64,000 nt of DNA. Origin: a virus. A program made the position numbers and the translations under genes. The first letter of the stretch is position 1. Each line of letters opens with the position of its first letter. Location of the stretch: the IMG/VR virus record IMGVR_UViG_3300021364_000015, positions 4,531 to 68,530 of that record, one strand, 5' to 3'. Below, piece by piece: positions 1-10,290 of the stretch. The notes under the pieces were generated by a model. It did no database searches. It had not been told where the DNA came from and was given only the letters and a program-made list of their open reading frames with translations.

Positions 1-749
1 TGATCTACCATAAACTTATTAAAATGCTCTATCCCATTTAACTCTACAACTGCACCGGGATAAATGGACTGAGAAGAACTATTCTTTATAAGTTGAGCCT
101 GAAACTTTGCGGCACTACGGCCATCCGTCGTCCGTCGTGCAGATACCGAAACGCCAAAAAAGGGATCAGTGTCACCAGACGGCACGTTTATAACAAGCGA
201 AGCCTGCTCTTCAATGATTTTTGATTCTGAGGCGAAAAACAAAATACCTTTAGCCTCAAAACACATAAACTCCAGTTCCCTGCAAAGCCTCTGCAAGACA
301 TCCATAGTGGATTCGTCTTTATTTTCCGTGGACTCACGAACAATAGCCCCATCCCTAGGAGAATCCTCTCCGAAAAACTGTAATCCAACCCTAGCCGCCG
401 CAGTCTGCGCAAAAACCGTAGGAGAAATGTTGCCAAAGTTTTTCTGCCCCGTTTCTCGTCTCAACTTTTGAGATGCCTCTAACCTAGCAGTAAAAACGCA
501 AGAGTCTTGCTGCCCATGTTTCACTTCTACAGCAGAAATCTCGTAGTTAACTTTATCATACACAACCCTACGGCCAATCATAAAATAATTGTTATTATGC
601 ATTTTAAAGTCGGGATCGTGGACAGTAACTTGTATTTCGCTTACAGCGTTAGCGCTCAAAGCGTACCTCACGTCGATCACCGACTCACGGATTTCAACGT
701 TCTTTTCTCCGACCTCACCGACCGTAATTGATTCAACTAAAAAACTCAT
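1..749 (-). CDS. Baseplate hub protein (P2 gpD / T4 gp27-like), truncated by window edge
   Basis: Read manually (absent from ORF track): ATG at 749, open to the edge, MSFLVESITVGE...ESTMDVLQRLCRELEFMCF. ESxxxxLxRL motif is typical of hub proteins; follows tape measure and tube-initiator genes. Confidence 0.65.
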   Translation of the reverse strand, partial: MSFLVESITVGEVGEKNVEIRESVIDVRYALSANAVSEIQVTVHDPDFKMHNNNYFMIGRRVVYDKVNYEISAVEVKHGQQDSCVFTARLEASQKLRRETGQKNFGNISPTVFAQTAAARVGLQFFGEDSPRDGAIVRESTENKDESTMDVLQRLCRELEFMCFEAKGILFFASESKIIEEQASLVINVPSGDTDPFFGVSVSARRTTDGRSAAKFQAQLIKNSSSQSIYPGAVVELNGIEHFNKFMVD

Positions 750-764
750 TATCTAGCACCATCT

Positions 765-1544
765 TTAGTAAAAGAACATCGGCTGCGTTGAAGCGGCCTG
801 CTGGAAATATTTTCTGTCAGCACTTTGAGCAGCCGCATAGTTACGCTTTCTTTGCTCTTCATACGCACGTTCACTTGGAGGAAATACGGGTCTTTGTCTT
901 AATTGGCTATCAGCGACTGGTCCCTCTGCTTTATCCTGTGTGTTGCCGCCGCCACCGCCGCCGCCGCCACCGCCGCCGCCTTTAGAGTAAGTTTGCGTTG
1001 CAGCAGGAACAGTCTTAACGACAGCCTTCAACTCCAAAACATCCTGATTAAACACAGGAGTCTCAGTCAACTGAATACTCGCTTCAGCCCGCAAAGGCTC
1101 ACCAGCACCATTACGATAAGAAACAGTAATATTTAATCTTGTGATAACCACGTTATACGACAAAGAAGTCAAACCATAAATAAACGAACAAGGTAAAGAC
1201 GTAGCGGCCAGAGTCTCCAAATTATCTATTATATCTGTAATCGGCTTCGTTCCGCCACTAGCCTTATCGGCAAGCACAGCATCAAACGAAACTGTCCGCA
1301 ACTGCTCATTTTCATGGACCAGCAAAGGCTTACGCCCCGGACGAGAAATGCTCGCAGTGACCCCTTCCAAAGTAGCATGATCTACATTCTGTGGGCCAAA
1401 CGGAAATAGCACCTCAATGACAGTACTGTCTTCTTTCGTGGGAATATTCGCCAACTTCGCTCGGGCAGGTCGGCTAGACCTGAAGCCCTGCGGATTAACA
1501 ACACTCCCACTAACTGACTTAAATGATTTAACAATTTTAGGCAT
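765..1544 (-). CDS. Tail tube initiator / CIS tube-like baseplate protein
   Basis: Directly after tape measure; 'VVITRLNITVSYRNGAGEPLRAEASIQLTE' resembles the gpU/CIS tube fold; Gly-rich C-terminus. Confidence 0.55.
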   Translation of the reverse strand: MPKIVKSFKSVSGSVVNPQGFRSSRPARAKLANIPTKEDSTVIEVLFPFGPQNVDHATLEGVTASISRPGRKPLLVHENEQLRTVSFDAVLADKASGGTKPITDIIDNLETLAATSLPCSFIYGLTSLSYNVVITRLNITVSYRNGAGEPLRAEASIQLTETPVFNQDVLELKAVVKTVPAATQTYSKGGGGGGGGGGGGNTQDKAEGPVADSQLRQRPVFPPSERAYEEQRKRNYAAAQSADRKYFQQAASTQPMFFY

Positions 1545-1553
1545 AGTTTATCC

Positions 1554-4500
1554 TTAATTCCTGTTTGCGGCTGCGGAGTGCGGGTGCGGCTTTCGACCAC
1601 TGGAGGTGCTGCTGGTGCTGGTGCTGTCAGTACCAACAGCCTGAATGGTTAACAAAAGTTGTGCCCCATTTGTTGAAGTCTCTGAAACATCACCAGTAAT
1701 ATTAAACGTGGCGGGCTGAGCGGTATTAGTAATAATTTCCGATAATTTGCCAATTATCTCCTGATCACTTCCATCAACTTGTGCCATAAAGTCTTTAGTG
1801 GCCTGCTCTGCGCCGCCCTCGTAGTTTGCATCAATATACTCTTGGATGCTCTCCACATCACCTGCTGTAAACGTGCCCACCGCCGACGCAAATTTCCCCG
1901 GAGCGGTCAAAAAGTCGCCAACGCTGTCCTTAGGTATGTCCTTTATAATCTCTCTCAGCATGAATTGCCTAAAATCAGCCATCATGTCAGGACCCATAGC
2001 CTCAGCAAAATCCGGTATATTACCGCCAAGAATCCCAGACCTCATCATTTCACGAGACTTATCCTTCCCAGCAATAGTATCTTCCAAACCCATAATATCA
2101 AAGCCACTATCCACATAACCTTGATACAGCGATGCTGCATCCAAGCCATGCGCCGCTGCAATCTGGTTAATAACTTGCCGCTCCATATCAGCAATATTGA
2201 ACTTCTCTAAAATATCCGGCGACAAATTCCCAAGAGCAATTTCCTCACGAAGTTCAAACAAACCACTAAGGCCAGCAATATCAGCATTCATCCCACTAGC
2301 AATTTCAGCAGCAGCAAACCTATCCACAAAGTCTGAAACCGTAGAAGCATCAAACACGCCTTCACTGGTCTCACCTATCAAAGTGTTTAACACAGCAGTA
2401 GCACTATCAAACCTATTTTGTACGCCTGCCTCAGAAGTACTAAAATCTGGAAGGAAAAGTTGACTTCTATCCATCTGAGGGCTTTCCAATAAAGCAAGCA
2501 TAGCAGCAACGCCACGTTCACTGTAATCAGTCATGGGATCAATGCCTAAAATTTCTAATCCCGCCATAATCTGCTCTTGAGACATTTGCAACGCTGATGC
2601 CATGTTATCAACCTGCTCTATCATGAAATTGCTAGCCTCTTCAAGCGCATCCATTATGTCTTGCTCAAAGCCACCAGTGGCCAGTTTTTCAATCAGTTCG
2701 TCTCGGTGTACACTTGTGGGATCAATGCCGAGCATCTGTAAGAACGTGTTAAACTCACGAGTGTCACCTTCTGTAACTCTACCTGTCTTCACGTCCATAC
2801 CAGCCGACGCAGCCGCTTGGAATTGAGTCAATATATCTTGTTGCTGAGCAATCGCTTCTGAACCGGCTCCGACAAGGTTTAAAGCCTCTGAGGTTTCCAG
2901 CATTTTCTCAGCCCTCTTCTTGCTTTCCTCTTTCTTTCTCTTGTTACCAAAATAGGCGGCAATTGCTTCTGTGGCATAACCAACCCCAAAACCGATAACT
3001 GCGCCAACGACTGTACCTACACCGGGAGCAATCATGCTGCCAATCGTAGCACCAGTCAAAGCACCACTCACCATACCAGAACCGGTGAACTCACCAGTTT
3101 GATAGGCATTATACCCAGTCATGCCCACATCTAGTACACCCAGACCAGCACCAAGAGGCCCTAAAGCCTTTCCGAATTTAGCAAACTTACTCACACTGCC
3201 CATTGCGCTCATGGCCCCTGAAGTTGCCCCTGCACGCTGAGTAGCCGTAGATATAGCGCCGGTCACAGCACGACCACGGCCCATGACGCTCAACCCTTTG
3301 CTTCCACGGAAAGCGCCATACCCTGCTCGCCCTTGCCGCATAAGTAAACCGCCGTATGATGAAGCCCTTGCGCCCATTGTGACAGAACCTGCTGCCCTTG
3401 CGCCCGCTGCTGCACGCCCTCCACCTGCGACGGCTCTAGCACCTCTACCGAAAACGCCTAACTTGCGCCCACCCATGTACAGTAACCCCAAGCCCAGCAA
3501 ATCGCCAAGACCGCCACCGCCCGGAATCATTCCCCCTATGCCACTCACAACGCCAATCAGAGTATCAACCACTGCAACCAGATTGCCGATAATTGGAGCA
3601 ATCATATTTAGCACAGTAGCCAAGCCCTCCAACGCTCCCGGTAGACGCTCCATAAGAGGAGCGAACTGATTGAAGACATTAAACAACGCAGGGATAACAT
3701 CCGACGCCAGCGTATCAAAAATGTCAGACAACAACGGCAACTTATTGAAGAAGCCCATCTGGCCACCAGACAACTGATCAAACAGTGCGCCGAAAACATT
3801 ACCAATCGAAGTACCAAACTGAACAAACGCCTCAGCATTCTCAACAACCAAAGCGTTGAACTGCTGGAACAGACCACGCCCACCAGCCGCATCACCCATC
3901 GCCTTAAACATTTCAATAACAACATCAGCCGCAGGCTCTAACTTTACAAGGTAACCACCAATAGCATCAAAGAAATCACGAACGCCTTTAAAGAAGTTGA
4001 CGAACGACTCCCCCATCTCCTCAACACGCCCCATATTATTTACGATGTTAGACCGAACAAACTCACTAATTTTGTCAACCACAGTAACCAGCGTGGGAGC
4101 GAACGACTCGGCACCAAACTTCTGAAGAACTGCGGTCATCGAAATAATGTCTTCCCGCAAAATGCGAGAAATTTGTAAGAATGACTCACGGAACGGGGCA
4201 AGCAGCGGCTCACCAATATCCGCAAAGATGCCTCTAAGACCGGCAAACTCTGTTTTCAGCGTACCAATCATGGTGGTCGCCATCGTCTGAGCAACCCCTT
4301 GGAAAGCGTCAGAAGTCGCACCGCCACCAGCAACGGTGCTCATTAAGCCCGCCATTGAAGTCACACCGCCAAGTGAATCTTTTCTGAATCCAGCAGCACC
4401 ACGCACAGCGGAACGGGCCTGAGTAAAGTCACCAGAAGCGAAGGCCGCAGCAAGGCTTTGAGCAGCCTTCGCATCACCACCGGTAATATTAAACAACTGT

Positions 4501-5105
4501 CGGGCTAGCGCATTAGCCTGATTTCCTCGGACACCTGCACGAGCAAACGAACCTGTAATAGCACCAGTTGCCTCACTGCCAAGTAGACCAGTCATTCGTG
4601 CGCTGATACTCCGGTTTAAGGTAGCGCCTCGTGATCGGCCCGCCTGACCACCGCCCAAAAATGGGCTAAGTTGAGCCTCTTGGAACTCACGAATAGCAGC
4701 CGCAGCAACCGCCATAGCAGTGGCCACACCTGCTGCAACCACAGACAAACCACGCAAAGAAGCCTGATATGCGGATACCGCTGCACGGCCTGTTACCAGC
4801 GCTGCCTTCGCAGCAAGCAACCCTGCTGTAAACAAGCCAATCTGACCCGCCAAAGCAATAAAACTAAACTTTGCAAGCGTAGTTAAAAACTTACCAAAAA
4901 CTCCGGTGATGCCCTTAAGCGCACGCTGCATCTTATCAAACCGACGAGTGACCTTATCAACACTCTGATCCATGTCACGGGTCTGGCGATTGAACGCACG
5001 GGAACGACTTTCTAAAGACTTGAGGCGACGTTCAACTCCAAGAAGGTCATTGCTGATATCAGCATCAACCTCTACCTTAATTACAACTTTTTCTTCGACA
5101 GCCAT
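1554..5105 (-). CDS. Tail tape measure protein
   Basis: 1183 aa, Ala/Gly-rich helical sequence with hydrophobic segments; downstream of the tail assembly chaperone. Confidence 0.9.
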   Translation of the reverse strand: MAVEEKVVIKVEVDADISNDLLGVERRLKSLESRSRAFNRQTRDMDQSVDKVTRRFDKMQRALKGITGVFGKFLTTLAKFSFIALAGQIGLFTAGLLAAKAALVTGRAAVSAYQASLRGLSVVAAGVATAMAVAAAAIREFQEAQLSPFLGGGQAGRSRGATLNRSISARMTGLLGSEATGAITGSFARAGVRGNQANALARQLFNITGGDAKAAQSLAAAFASGDFTQARSAVRGAAGFRKDSLGGVTSMAGLMSTVAGGGATSDAFQGVAQTMATTMIGTLKTEFAGLRGIFADIGEPLLAPFRESFLQISRILREDIISMTAVLQKFGAESFAPTLVTVVDKISEFVRSNIVNNMGRVEEMGESFVNFFKGVRDFFDAIGGYLVKLEPAADVVIEMFKAMGDAAGGRGLFQQFNALVVENAEAFVQFGTSIGNVFGALFDQLSGGQMGFFNKLPLLSDIFDTLASDVIPALFNVFNQFAPLMERLPGALEGLATVLNMIAPIIGNLVAVVDTLIGVVSGIGGMIPGGGGLGDLLGLGLLYMGGRKLGVFGRGARAVAGGGRAAAGARAAGSVTMGARASSYGGLLMRQGRAGYGAFRGSKGLSVMGRGRAVTGAISTATQRAGATSGAMSAMGSVSKFAKFGKALGPLGAGLGVLDVGMTGYNAYQTGEFTGSGMVSGALTGATIGSMIAPGVGTVVGAVIGFGVGYATEAIAAYFGNKRKKEESKKRAEKMLETSEALNLVGAGSEAIAQQQDILTQFQAAASAGMDVKTGRVTEGDTREFNTFLQMLGIDPTSVHRDELIEKLATGGFEQDIMDALEEASNFMIEQVDNMASALQMSQEQIMAGLEILGIDPMTDYSERGVAAMLALLESPQMDRSQLFLPDFSTSEAGVQNRFDSATAVLNTLIGETSEGVFDASTVSDFVDRFAAAEIASGMNADIAGLSGLFELREEIALGNLSPDILEKFNIADMERQVINQIAAAHGLDAASLYQGYVDSGFDIMGLEDTIAGKDKSREMMRSGILGGNIPDFAEAMGPDMMADFRQFMLREIIKDIPKDSVGDFLTAPGKFASAVGTFTAGDVESIQEYIDANYEGGAEQATKDFMAQVDGSDQEIIGKLSEIITNTAQPATFNITGDVSETSTNGAQLLLTIQAVGTDSTSTSSTSSGRKPHPHSAAANRN

Positions 5106-5170
5106 AATTGCCCCTAAAACAAAGAAAACCGGGAATCCCTATAGAGATATTCTACAGAAATTCCCGGCTC

Positions 5171-5380
5171 TCAGTAGCCACCTTGCGCACCTCTTCGCTG
5201 CCTATCACGCTCAGCGTGATCGTGAGCAAGGGCCTTAGCGGCGGCTAATCTGATCAACCACTCATCGTAATCAACGTTTAACAACTGAATAGGATCGCAA
5301 TGGAATGCTTCAGCCAAGCGTGCAACCGAACGAATCCGAATATCTTGGGCTAGTTCTTCTACTAGCCCTTCGTAGGGTCC
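5171..5380 (-). CDS. Tail assembly chaperone frameshift extension (gpT-like part of gpGT)
   Basis: ATG-less -1 frame overlapping the chaperone stop: GPYEGLVEELAQDIRIRSVARLAEAFHCDPIQLLNVDYDEW...GGY*. LAxxFHxxPxxL..EW is typical of gpT segments. Confidence 0.7.
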   Translation of the reverse strand, partial: GPYEGLVEELAQDIRIRSVARLAEAFHCDPIQLLNVDYDEWLIRLAAAKALAHDHAERDRQRRGAQGGY

Positions 5381-5877
5381 TCAGCGTCAACGTCGTCACC
5401 ATAACCGGCGTAATCCAGAATCTTTAGAGCGACAGACTCAAGATGAGGATCAACCCCGTAGAACGCCCGAATAGCATCCGGCAACGGGCGATCCGTTCCC
5501 GTCATCTCCATCATAACCGGAGATGCAAACGTAATGATGTTACCAGAGTCATCTAACGCTAGTTCGTCATTGTAGTAGATGCCAGTAACGGTCTGACCCA
5601 CGACATAACAAGAAAACTTGATGGAGTCAAGTTCATCAGTCTTACGGTTCGTGGAGTTACGCCTCCATGACTTCAACTGCTCATTAGTGATATTGGGAGA
5701 AAACCGCACCGTAACACCCCGACGCTCAGGGACGGCCATCTCAATCTCAGGACGAGTAACTTCCTTAGAAATTTCTTCCTTCAACTGATCAAGCACGGTA
5801 AGTTTCGTGCCCTTCTTCTTTGCGGGGGCCGTATTATCAGCGCCAGCAACTTCGATAATTTCTTCTGTAGTATCCAT
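5362..5877 (-). CDS. Tail assembly chaperone (gpG-like)
   Basis: Lies between tail tube/lysin and tape measure; ends ...EDPTKG with an overlapping -1 ORF. Confidence 0.75.
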   Translation of the reverse strand: MDTTEEIIEVAGADNTAPAKKKGTKLTVLDQLKEEISKEVTRPEIEMAVPERRGVTVRFSPNITNEQLKSWRRNSTNRKTDELDSIKFSCYVVGQTVTGIYYNDELALDDSGNIITFASPVMMEMTGTDRPLPDAIRAFYGVDPHLESVALKILDYAGYGDDVDAEDPTKG

Positions 5878-5884
5878 ATTTGAT

Positions 5885-5914
5885 ATGATAGTAATTTCTT
5901 TGAAGACCTGTCAA
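5885..5914 (-). promoter_or_regulatory. SigA-type promoter, leaderless mRNA for the chaperone
   Basis: TTGACA-18-TATCAT-7nt-ATG. Confidence 0.6.
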
Positions 5915-5928
5915 CTAATCCAAAAAAA

Positions 5929-6666
5929 TTAGTCCACTAACGCAGCCCACGTCTTAGGGCCAACAACCCCATCAACGGCTAAACCCTCGTCACGCTGGAA
6001 CTGCTTCACAGCCTTCAACGTCTTCGGACCAAAATCGCCATCAACACCAGAATTCTTGCGAGGGCGAGAAGTCAACTTGTAACCGTTCTTATCAAGCATC
6101 TTCTGAAGGAACTCAACAACCGGCCCCTTGTCGCCCTTACGGACAACCGTCTCCAAGCAAGCAGCAATGAACTCAAGCGCCTGCGCCTGCTCAGACTTAA
6201 CTGAAGCAGCCTTAGGGACCTTGATGTCGCCCTTAACCGGGAACCAGTCCATCTTAGAACCGCTCACACGGCACGGCTGGTGATGCCACCATTCTGAAGC
6301 CACCGTCTTGCGAATACCATACTCTTCAGCAATCTTATTCACCTGCGTGGTAGAAATAGAACCCTTCTTGATGATACGGAAGTCAACCGCATAACCATAT
6401 CCATCAAACTTTGGCTGGCCCATATGGTACGAACCCTGAAAGCCTGCTCTGTTCACACGGTCAGGGTTAGCGGCTAGATTGAAACCGGGCTTACGGCTCT
6501 TATAGCCGTCATACAGGTACTTCTGCTGCTGATAGGTGCGGACGCCGGAAACAACCGACACCTTTCCCTTGATCCGTGGATCGGCAAAAAATGCCTCTAG
6601 CCGAGCCTTAAACTTAGGATGCAAGTCCTTAATGTTCACCCGACTACTAACTGTTGGAATACTCAT
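5929..6666 (-). CDS. Endolysin: M15-family Zn peptidase plus C-terminal peptidoglycan-binding domain
   Basis: SGVRTYQQQ..LY, SYH..G.AVDF, EWWH motifs; C-terminal 'VDGDFGPKT..AVKQFQ...GLAVDGVVGPKTW' PG-binding repeat. Confidence 0.9.
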   Translation of the reverse strand: MSIPTVSSRVNIKDLHPKFKARLEAFFADPRIKGKVSVVSGVRTYQQQKYLYDGYKSRKPGFNLAANPDRVNRAGFQGSYHMGQPKFDGYGYAVDFRIIKKGSISTTQVNKIAEEYGIRKTVASEWWHHQPCRVSGSKMDWFPVKGDIKVPKAASVKSEQAQALEFIAACLETVVRKGDKGPVVEFLQKMLDKNGYKLTSRPRKNSGVDGDFGPKTLKAVKQFQRDEGLAVDGVVGPKTWAALVD

Positions 6667-6734
6667 GATTTGACCTCATGTAGACAATATGTATATTTAC
6701 AATACAACAATATGTCTGAAAATGCAAGAACTGC

Positions 6735-6764
6735 AAAAAGAAAAGGCGCTACCGAAGTAGCGCC
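6735..6764 (-). terminator. Intrinsic terminator after tail tube gene
   Basis: GGCGCTAC-TTCG-GTAGCGCC followed by TTTTCTTTTT on the minus strand. Confidence 0.8.
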
Positions 6765-6797
6765 AATTCTCACTCTCTTTTTGTGTGTTATATTAGA

Positions 6798-7247
6798 TCA
6801 CGCAGCAGGGCTGACCTGACTCACTGCAAAGGTCAGTGAGAAAGAAGCCGGAGCGCCTGAAGAAGCATCACCGTCAGGCTCAGTTAAGCCAACAAGAAGC
6901 ACCTTCGGATAAACTCGCTCTGACCCAACCTCACGCAACTCACAGTTAAGTGTGACAATCGTAAGGTCATAATAAGTCATGCCGACCAGCGGACGAATTT
7001 GTGCAAGTTTGGGGATATCATTATCAGGGTCGAAGAACCGACTGATCGTAATGTCGCCAATCTCAGCAGGAGCGCAAAGCACCTCTGGGAACGTGCTGTT
7101 ACCATCGTATACTTTTTCAACTGCGGCACTAATTTCACCACCGCTGACCGTAGCAAAGTAGTCGTCCCAGTTTGGGCCATTACCATGACCCACGTCGTTA
7201 CGTGCTACGATTTCTGCTACAATCTGTCTCTGAGTTGCCTTAGCCAT
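6798..7247 (-). CDS. Tail tube protein
   Basis: 149 aa directly after the sheath gene; 'FATVSGGEISA...IGDITISRFFD' tube-like. Confidence 0.8.
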   Translation of the reverse strand: MAKATQRQIVAEIVARNDVGHGNGPNWDDYFATVSGGEISAAVEKVYDGNSTFPEVLCAPAEIGDITISRFFDPDNDIPKLAQIRPLVGMTYYDLTIVTLNCELREVGSERVYPKVLLVGLTEPDGDASSGAPASFSLTFAVSQVSPAA

Positions 7248-7258
7248 TTATAATCTCC

Positions 7259-8761
7259 TTAGATAATGGGAGCCGACAAGTTGCTCTTGGTGATAACAAT
7301 ATCAATCAAATCAGCAACGCCTGAAACTCGCACGCCGACCTGAGCCTTGACAACCCCAGTTGCCAATTGAGTTGCAGGGTTAATGTTTGAGTTAACCACA
7401 ACGTTGTAACCGGGGTCGATTAGAACACCGTCATCGTCGTAGGCTTCAAAAAGGCCACCTGCAACACGAATCGGATCAAGGAAGCCCTTAATTGAGCCTC
7501 TGATTCGACCAAACAGTCCACCTCTACCATCAATAGTTGAGAAGACAAAACGCTCCATGCGGGTCTCCACTCCATCAATGATGTAGTTCAAGGTGTCTTG
7601 CTGGGTAATGTAGCGCCAGTTGGCTTCATCGTTTGAGGCTGACCTTGCACCATAGACCCGAATTGAGTTACCAATCTTGCGAAGGGCATTGATTCGGGCA
7701 GCGTCAAGAGCGTCACCAGTAGCAGGCGTCACGTCCTGTGCGAGTGCAACAATTGTACTCGCTGCTGAAATTTGACCAGCACCTGCACGCCACGGGCCAC
7801 CAGCCGCCTGAACCGCACGAGAACGAGCGGCAGCAGCGTAGGCTTCTGGCGTAATAGTAACTGTGCTACCCTGCACACTGCTTACACCTGTTGCCAGTTC
7901 CGAAACATTTGGTGCCGGTACCTTAACGCTAGGCCAGTAGAAAGCCATGCTCTTCGCATTAGCATCTGCGTAATAAGAAGATGCAGCAATCTTGGCATTA
8001 GCAGCACTTGTACCAGAAGCGAAGGAAAGAATTGCAATTCGCTTGTTAGCCGCCGCATGATCACGCAAACCTTCCCACACCGTAGTAGAAGTCTGACCCG
8101 GAGCACAAATAGCGCCCGGACCAAGGTTAACGCTCACGGAATCCAGCGCCGCAACAACATCAGCATCATCAACTGCATCGCCATCGTCGCCTGTTGTTTT
8201 CGTGTTAACCGCCTGCTTGGCATTCTGGGCTTCATCAGGATCGTTGCTGCTTGTCTCATTGTCCGAAGCAACAAGAAGGTGACTAACCTCTGATGCGTTC
8301 AAAACGTTGATCGCATCTGTGGTTGACGTTAAGTCACGAGTGCGGAGAAGAAGTAGATCGTCTAGATAAACTTCAATACGGAAACCAGCGTTATCAGCCG
8401 CAATAACATCAACATCTAAGTTCGCTGACCAAGCGCCAGCATTCTTTGCGGTAATTGTCATTGTCGCTGACCCAGCCGAGTCAACTAGATCAACGGAACC
8501 TGCGGCGCTATTTGAGCCGAGAACACGCATCACCTGACAACGGCTACCACCCTCATCGAAAAAGGTCTTTACGTGCGAGTAAAGGTTGCCTGCCTTGTAG
8601 TTTCCGTAGTAGGTCGTGTAATCGCTGAAAGACCTAAGAAGCGTAGGCTCGTCCAAAGGACCACGCTCAGCCTCACCAACCATAAACACCTGACCTGATG
8701 CAATGTCGCCAGTACCCACAGGACCAGTGCGCACTGCGGTTGTAATATTAACTCCCGGCAT
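7259..8761 (-). CDS. Contractile tail sheath protein
   Basis: MPGVNI start, G..ERGP...P.L..SF.DY...YG, 'RVYGARS....WRYI' sheath motifs. Confidence 0.95.
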   Translation of the reverse strand: MPGVNITTAVRTGPVGTGDIASGQVFMVGEAERGPLDEPTLLRSFSDYTTYYGNYKAGNLYSHVKTFFDEGGSRCQVMRVLGSNSAAGSVDLVDSAGSATMTITAKNAGAWSANLDVDVIAADNAGFRIEVYLDDLLLLRTRDLTSTTDAINVLNASEVSHLLVASDNETSSNDPDEAQNAKQAVNTKTTGDDGDAVDDADVVAALDSVSVNLGPGAICAPGQTSTTVWEGLRDHAAANKRIAILSFASGTSAANAKIAASSYYADANAKSMAFYWPSVKVPAPNVSELATGVSSVQGSTVTITPEAYAAAARSRAVQAAGGPWRAGAGQISAASTIVALAQDVTPATGDALDAARINALRKIGNSIRVYGARSASNDEANWRYITQQDTLNYIIDGVETRMERFVFSTIDGRGGLFGRIRGSIKGFLDPIRVAGGLFEAYDDDGVLIDPGYNVVVNSNINPATQLATGVVKAQVGVRVSGVADLIDIVITKSNLSAPII

Positions 8762-8905
8762 GTTTAGCCTCCATATTCGTAGATTACAATACCAGTATTG
8801 TCTGCCCTGCGGGCAAAACGCTAAAGCGTCTGCTCTATCAACTATTATATTACCACCAAACGTCTAGCAGTCGCAGGAACTATAGTATTACTTGACCACC
8901 TTGTA

Positions 8906-9781
8906 TTAACTAGCCGCTGGTGTTGCGACCACAGATGGAGCAGAATAGTCACTCAAGCCCGCCTGATTTACTGCCGCAACCCGGAATTTATAACCGGTCC
9001 CGTTGTTTAATCCCGTAACGACATATAGCGGATCGGTAGAGTCTGTGTTGGGGGTTATTTGAGTCCACGTAGTGCCACCGTCTGTAGACTGCTGTATGGC
9101 GTAACCAGTAAGCGGATGAATACCCCCATTCCATGTAGACTCATCCCAAGTCAGTGTCACTTGGGCATTACCCGCCACAGCAATCACATCAGTAGGTGCA
9201 TTTGGCGTAATAGGCATCTTCGACACCGTTGCTTCACCGTCTTGCATGACACCCAATGCACTCACATCAATAACTTCGTTCAAAGACAAATCATAAGCAA
9301 TATAAGCGCCAGCGAGTAGCCTCTCGCCTTTAATAAGAGTCAAGTCTGAAAACTCTTCACGGATAGTACCTTCATCAATTTTTGCGTAGCACGGAACTGC
9401 CGAATCGTGGGCAGATAAAGAAGGTCCATCCATTAAAGCCTCACGGACAACCGTGGTTAGGTTGTCTCTCTGCTCCGTAACTGTTTCCGCTCCATTTGCT
9501 CGTGCCCACACATACGTCCGCATCTCATACGTTACCCTGTAGTTTGGGTCAGCATCAGACTCGTAACCATCCCTCGTAACAGACCGAGTATTGATAACCA
9601 AAGTGATAACCGTAGGCCACTTATCCAGCGCAAAAGGCTCATAACTCAAGTAGCGGACAGGCGTGGGTAGTTGAGATGCACTAAGTGACCAGTGGTTTCG
9701 ATAAGTCAGCAACCGGTCTGGTAGATCGTTCGCTAAATAGTTTGAAACATAGTTTTTCGCTAATCTGGGTCCTGACATCAT
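8906..9781 (-). CDS. Tail terminator / head-tail completion protein with C-terminal fibronectin type III domain
   Basis: Position before sheath; C-terminal 'PNAPT...VTLTW...GY.I...YVVTGLNNGTGYKFRVAAVN..G.S' Fn3 signature. Confidence 0.7.
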   Translation of the reverse strand: MMSGPRLAKNYVSNYLANDLPDRLLTYRNHWSLSASQLPTPVRYLSYEPFALDKWPTVITLVINTRSVTRDGYESDADPNYRVTYEMRTYVWARANGAETVTEQRDNLTTVVREALMDGPSLSAHDSAVPCYAKIDEGTIREEFSDLTLIKGERLLAGAYIAYDLSLNEVIDVSALGVMQDGEATVSKMPITPNAPTDVIAVAGNAQVTLTWDESTWNGGIHPLTGYAIQQSTDGGTTWTQITPNTDSTDPLYVVTGLNNGTGYKFRVAAVNQAGLSDYSAPSVVATPAAS

Positions 9782-9782
9782 A

Positions 9783-10289
9783 TTAAATCACAAACCCTTT
9801 CATTGCGTCCGTGTACCGAACACCTACCGAACCATGAACAATATATTCACCAACTGTCGTAGCCGTATTCAAAGCCATCAGCCGAGGAACAAATACGGGC
9901 TTGCGCTGAGCCATATTAGTGGTACCCGTTTGATGAAACTTTGCATAAGGAATTCGTGTACCAAACTCAGCAGTCCGCAAACCTACATCTCTCACAGCCC
10001 CACGACCGCTATTCATTGTCAAACTGTTTTCTAAGTCACCTTCCCGCACAAGAATCCCTTTCGCACCGTAGTTCTCTAACTTCCACGAAGCGTATTGAGG
10101 GTCTAACGGACTCCAAGGGAAACCCGACGAAGCGCCTTGCGACCTAAAGTTCTGTCGGTGGGCTTTTTGCAATTCTTGCATAACCCAGCGGAACACCGGC
10201 CTAAAATCCTGAGAACGACGAGTCATCGCAGCGAAACGCTTACGAACGGCGCTTGTATCTACTTTGGTAATGCGTACTTTTACACCCAT
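9783..10289 (-). CDS. Virion morphogenesis protein (Mu gpG / P2 gpS-like neck protein)
   Basis: 'FRSQG...WSPL', 'L...G.L..SL', 'GTRIPYAKFHQTGT..M.QRK' motifs. Confidence 0.85.
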   Translation of the reverse strand: MGVKVRITKVDTSAVRKRFAAMTRRSQDFRPVFRWVMQELQKAHRQNFRSQGASSGFPWSPLDPQYASWKLENYGAKGILVREGDLENSLTMNSGRGAVRDVGLRTAEFGTRIPYAKFHQTGTTNMAQRKPVFVPRLMALNTATTVGEYIVHGSVGVRYTDAMKGFVI

Positions 10290-10290
10290 A

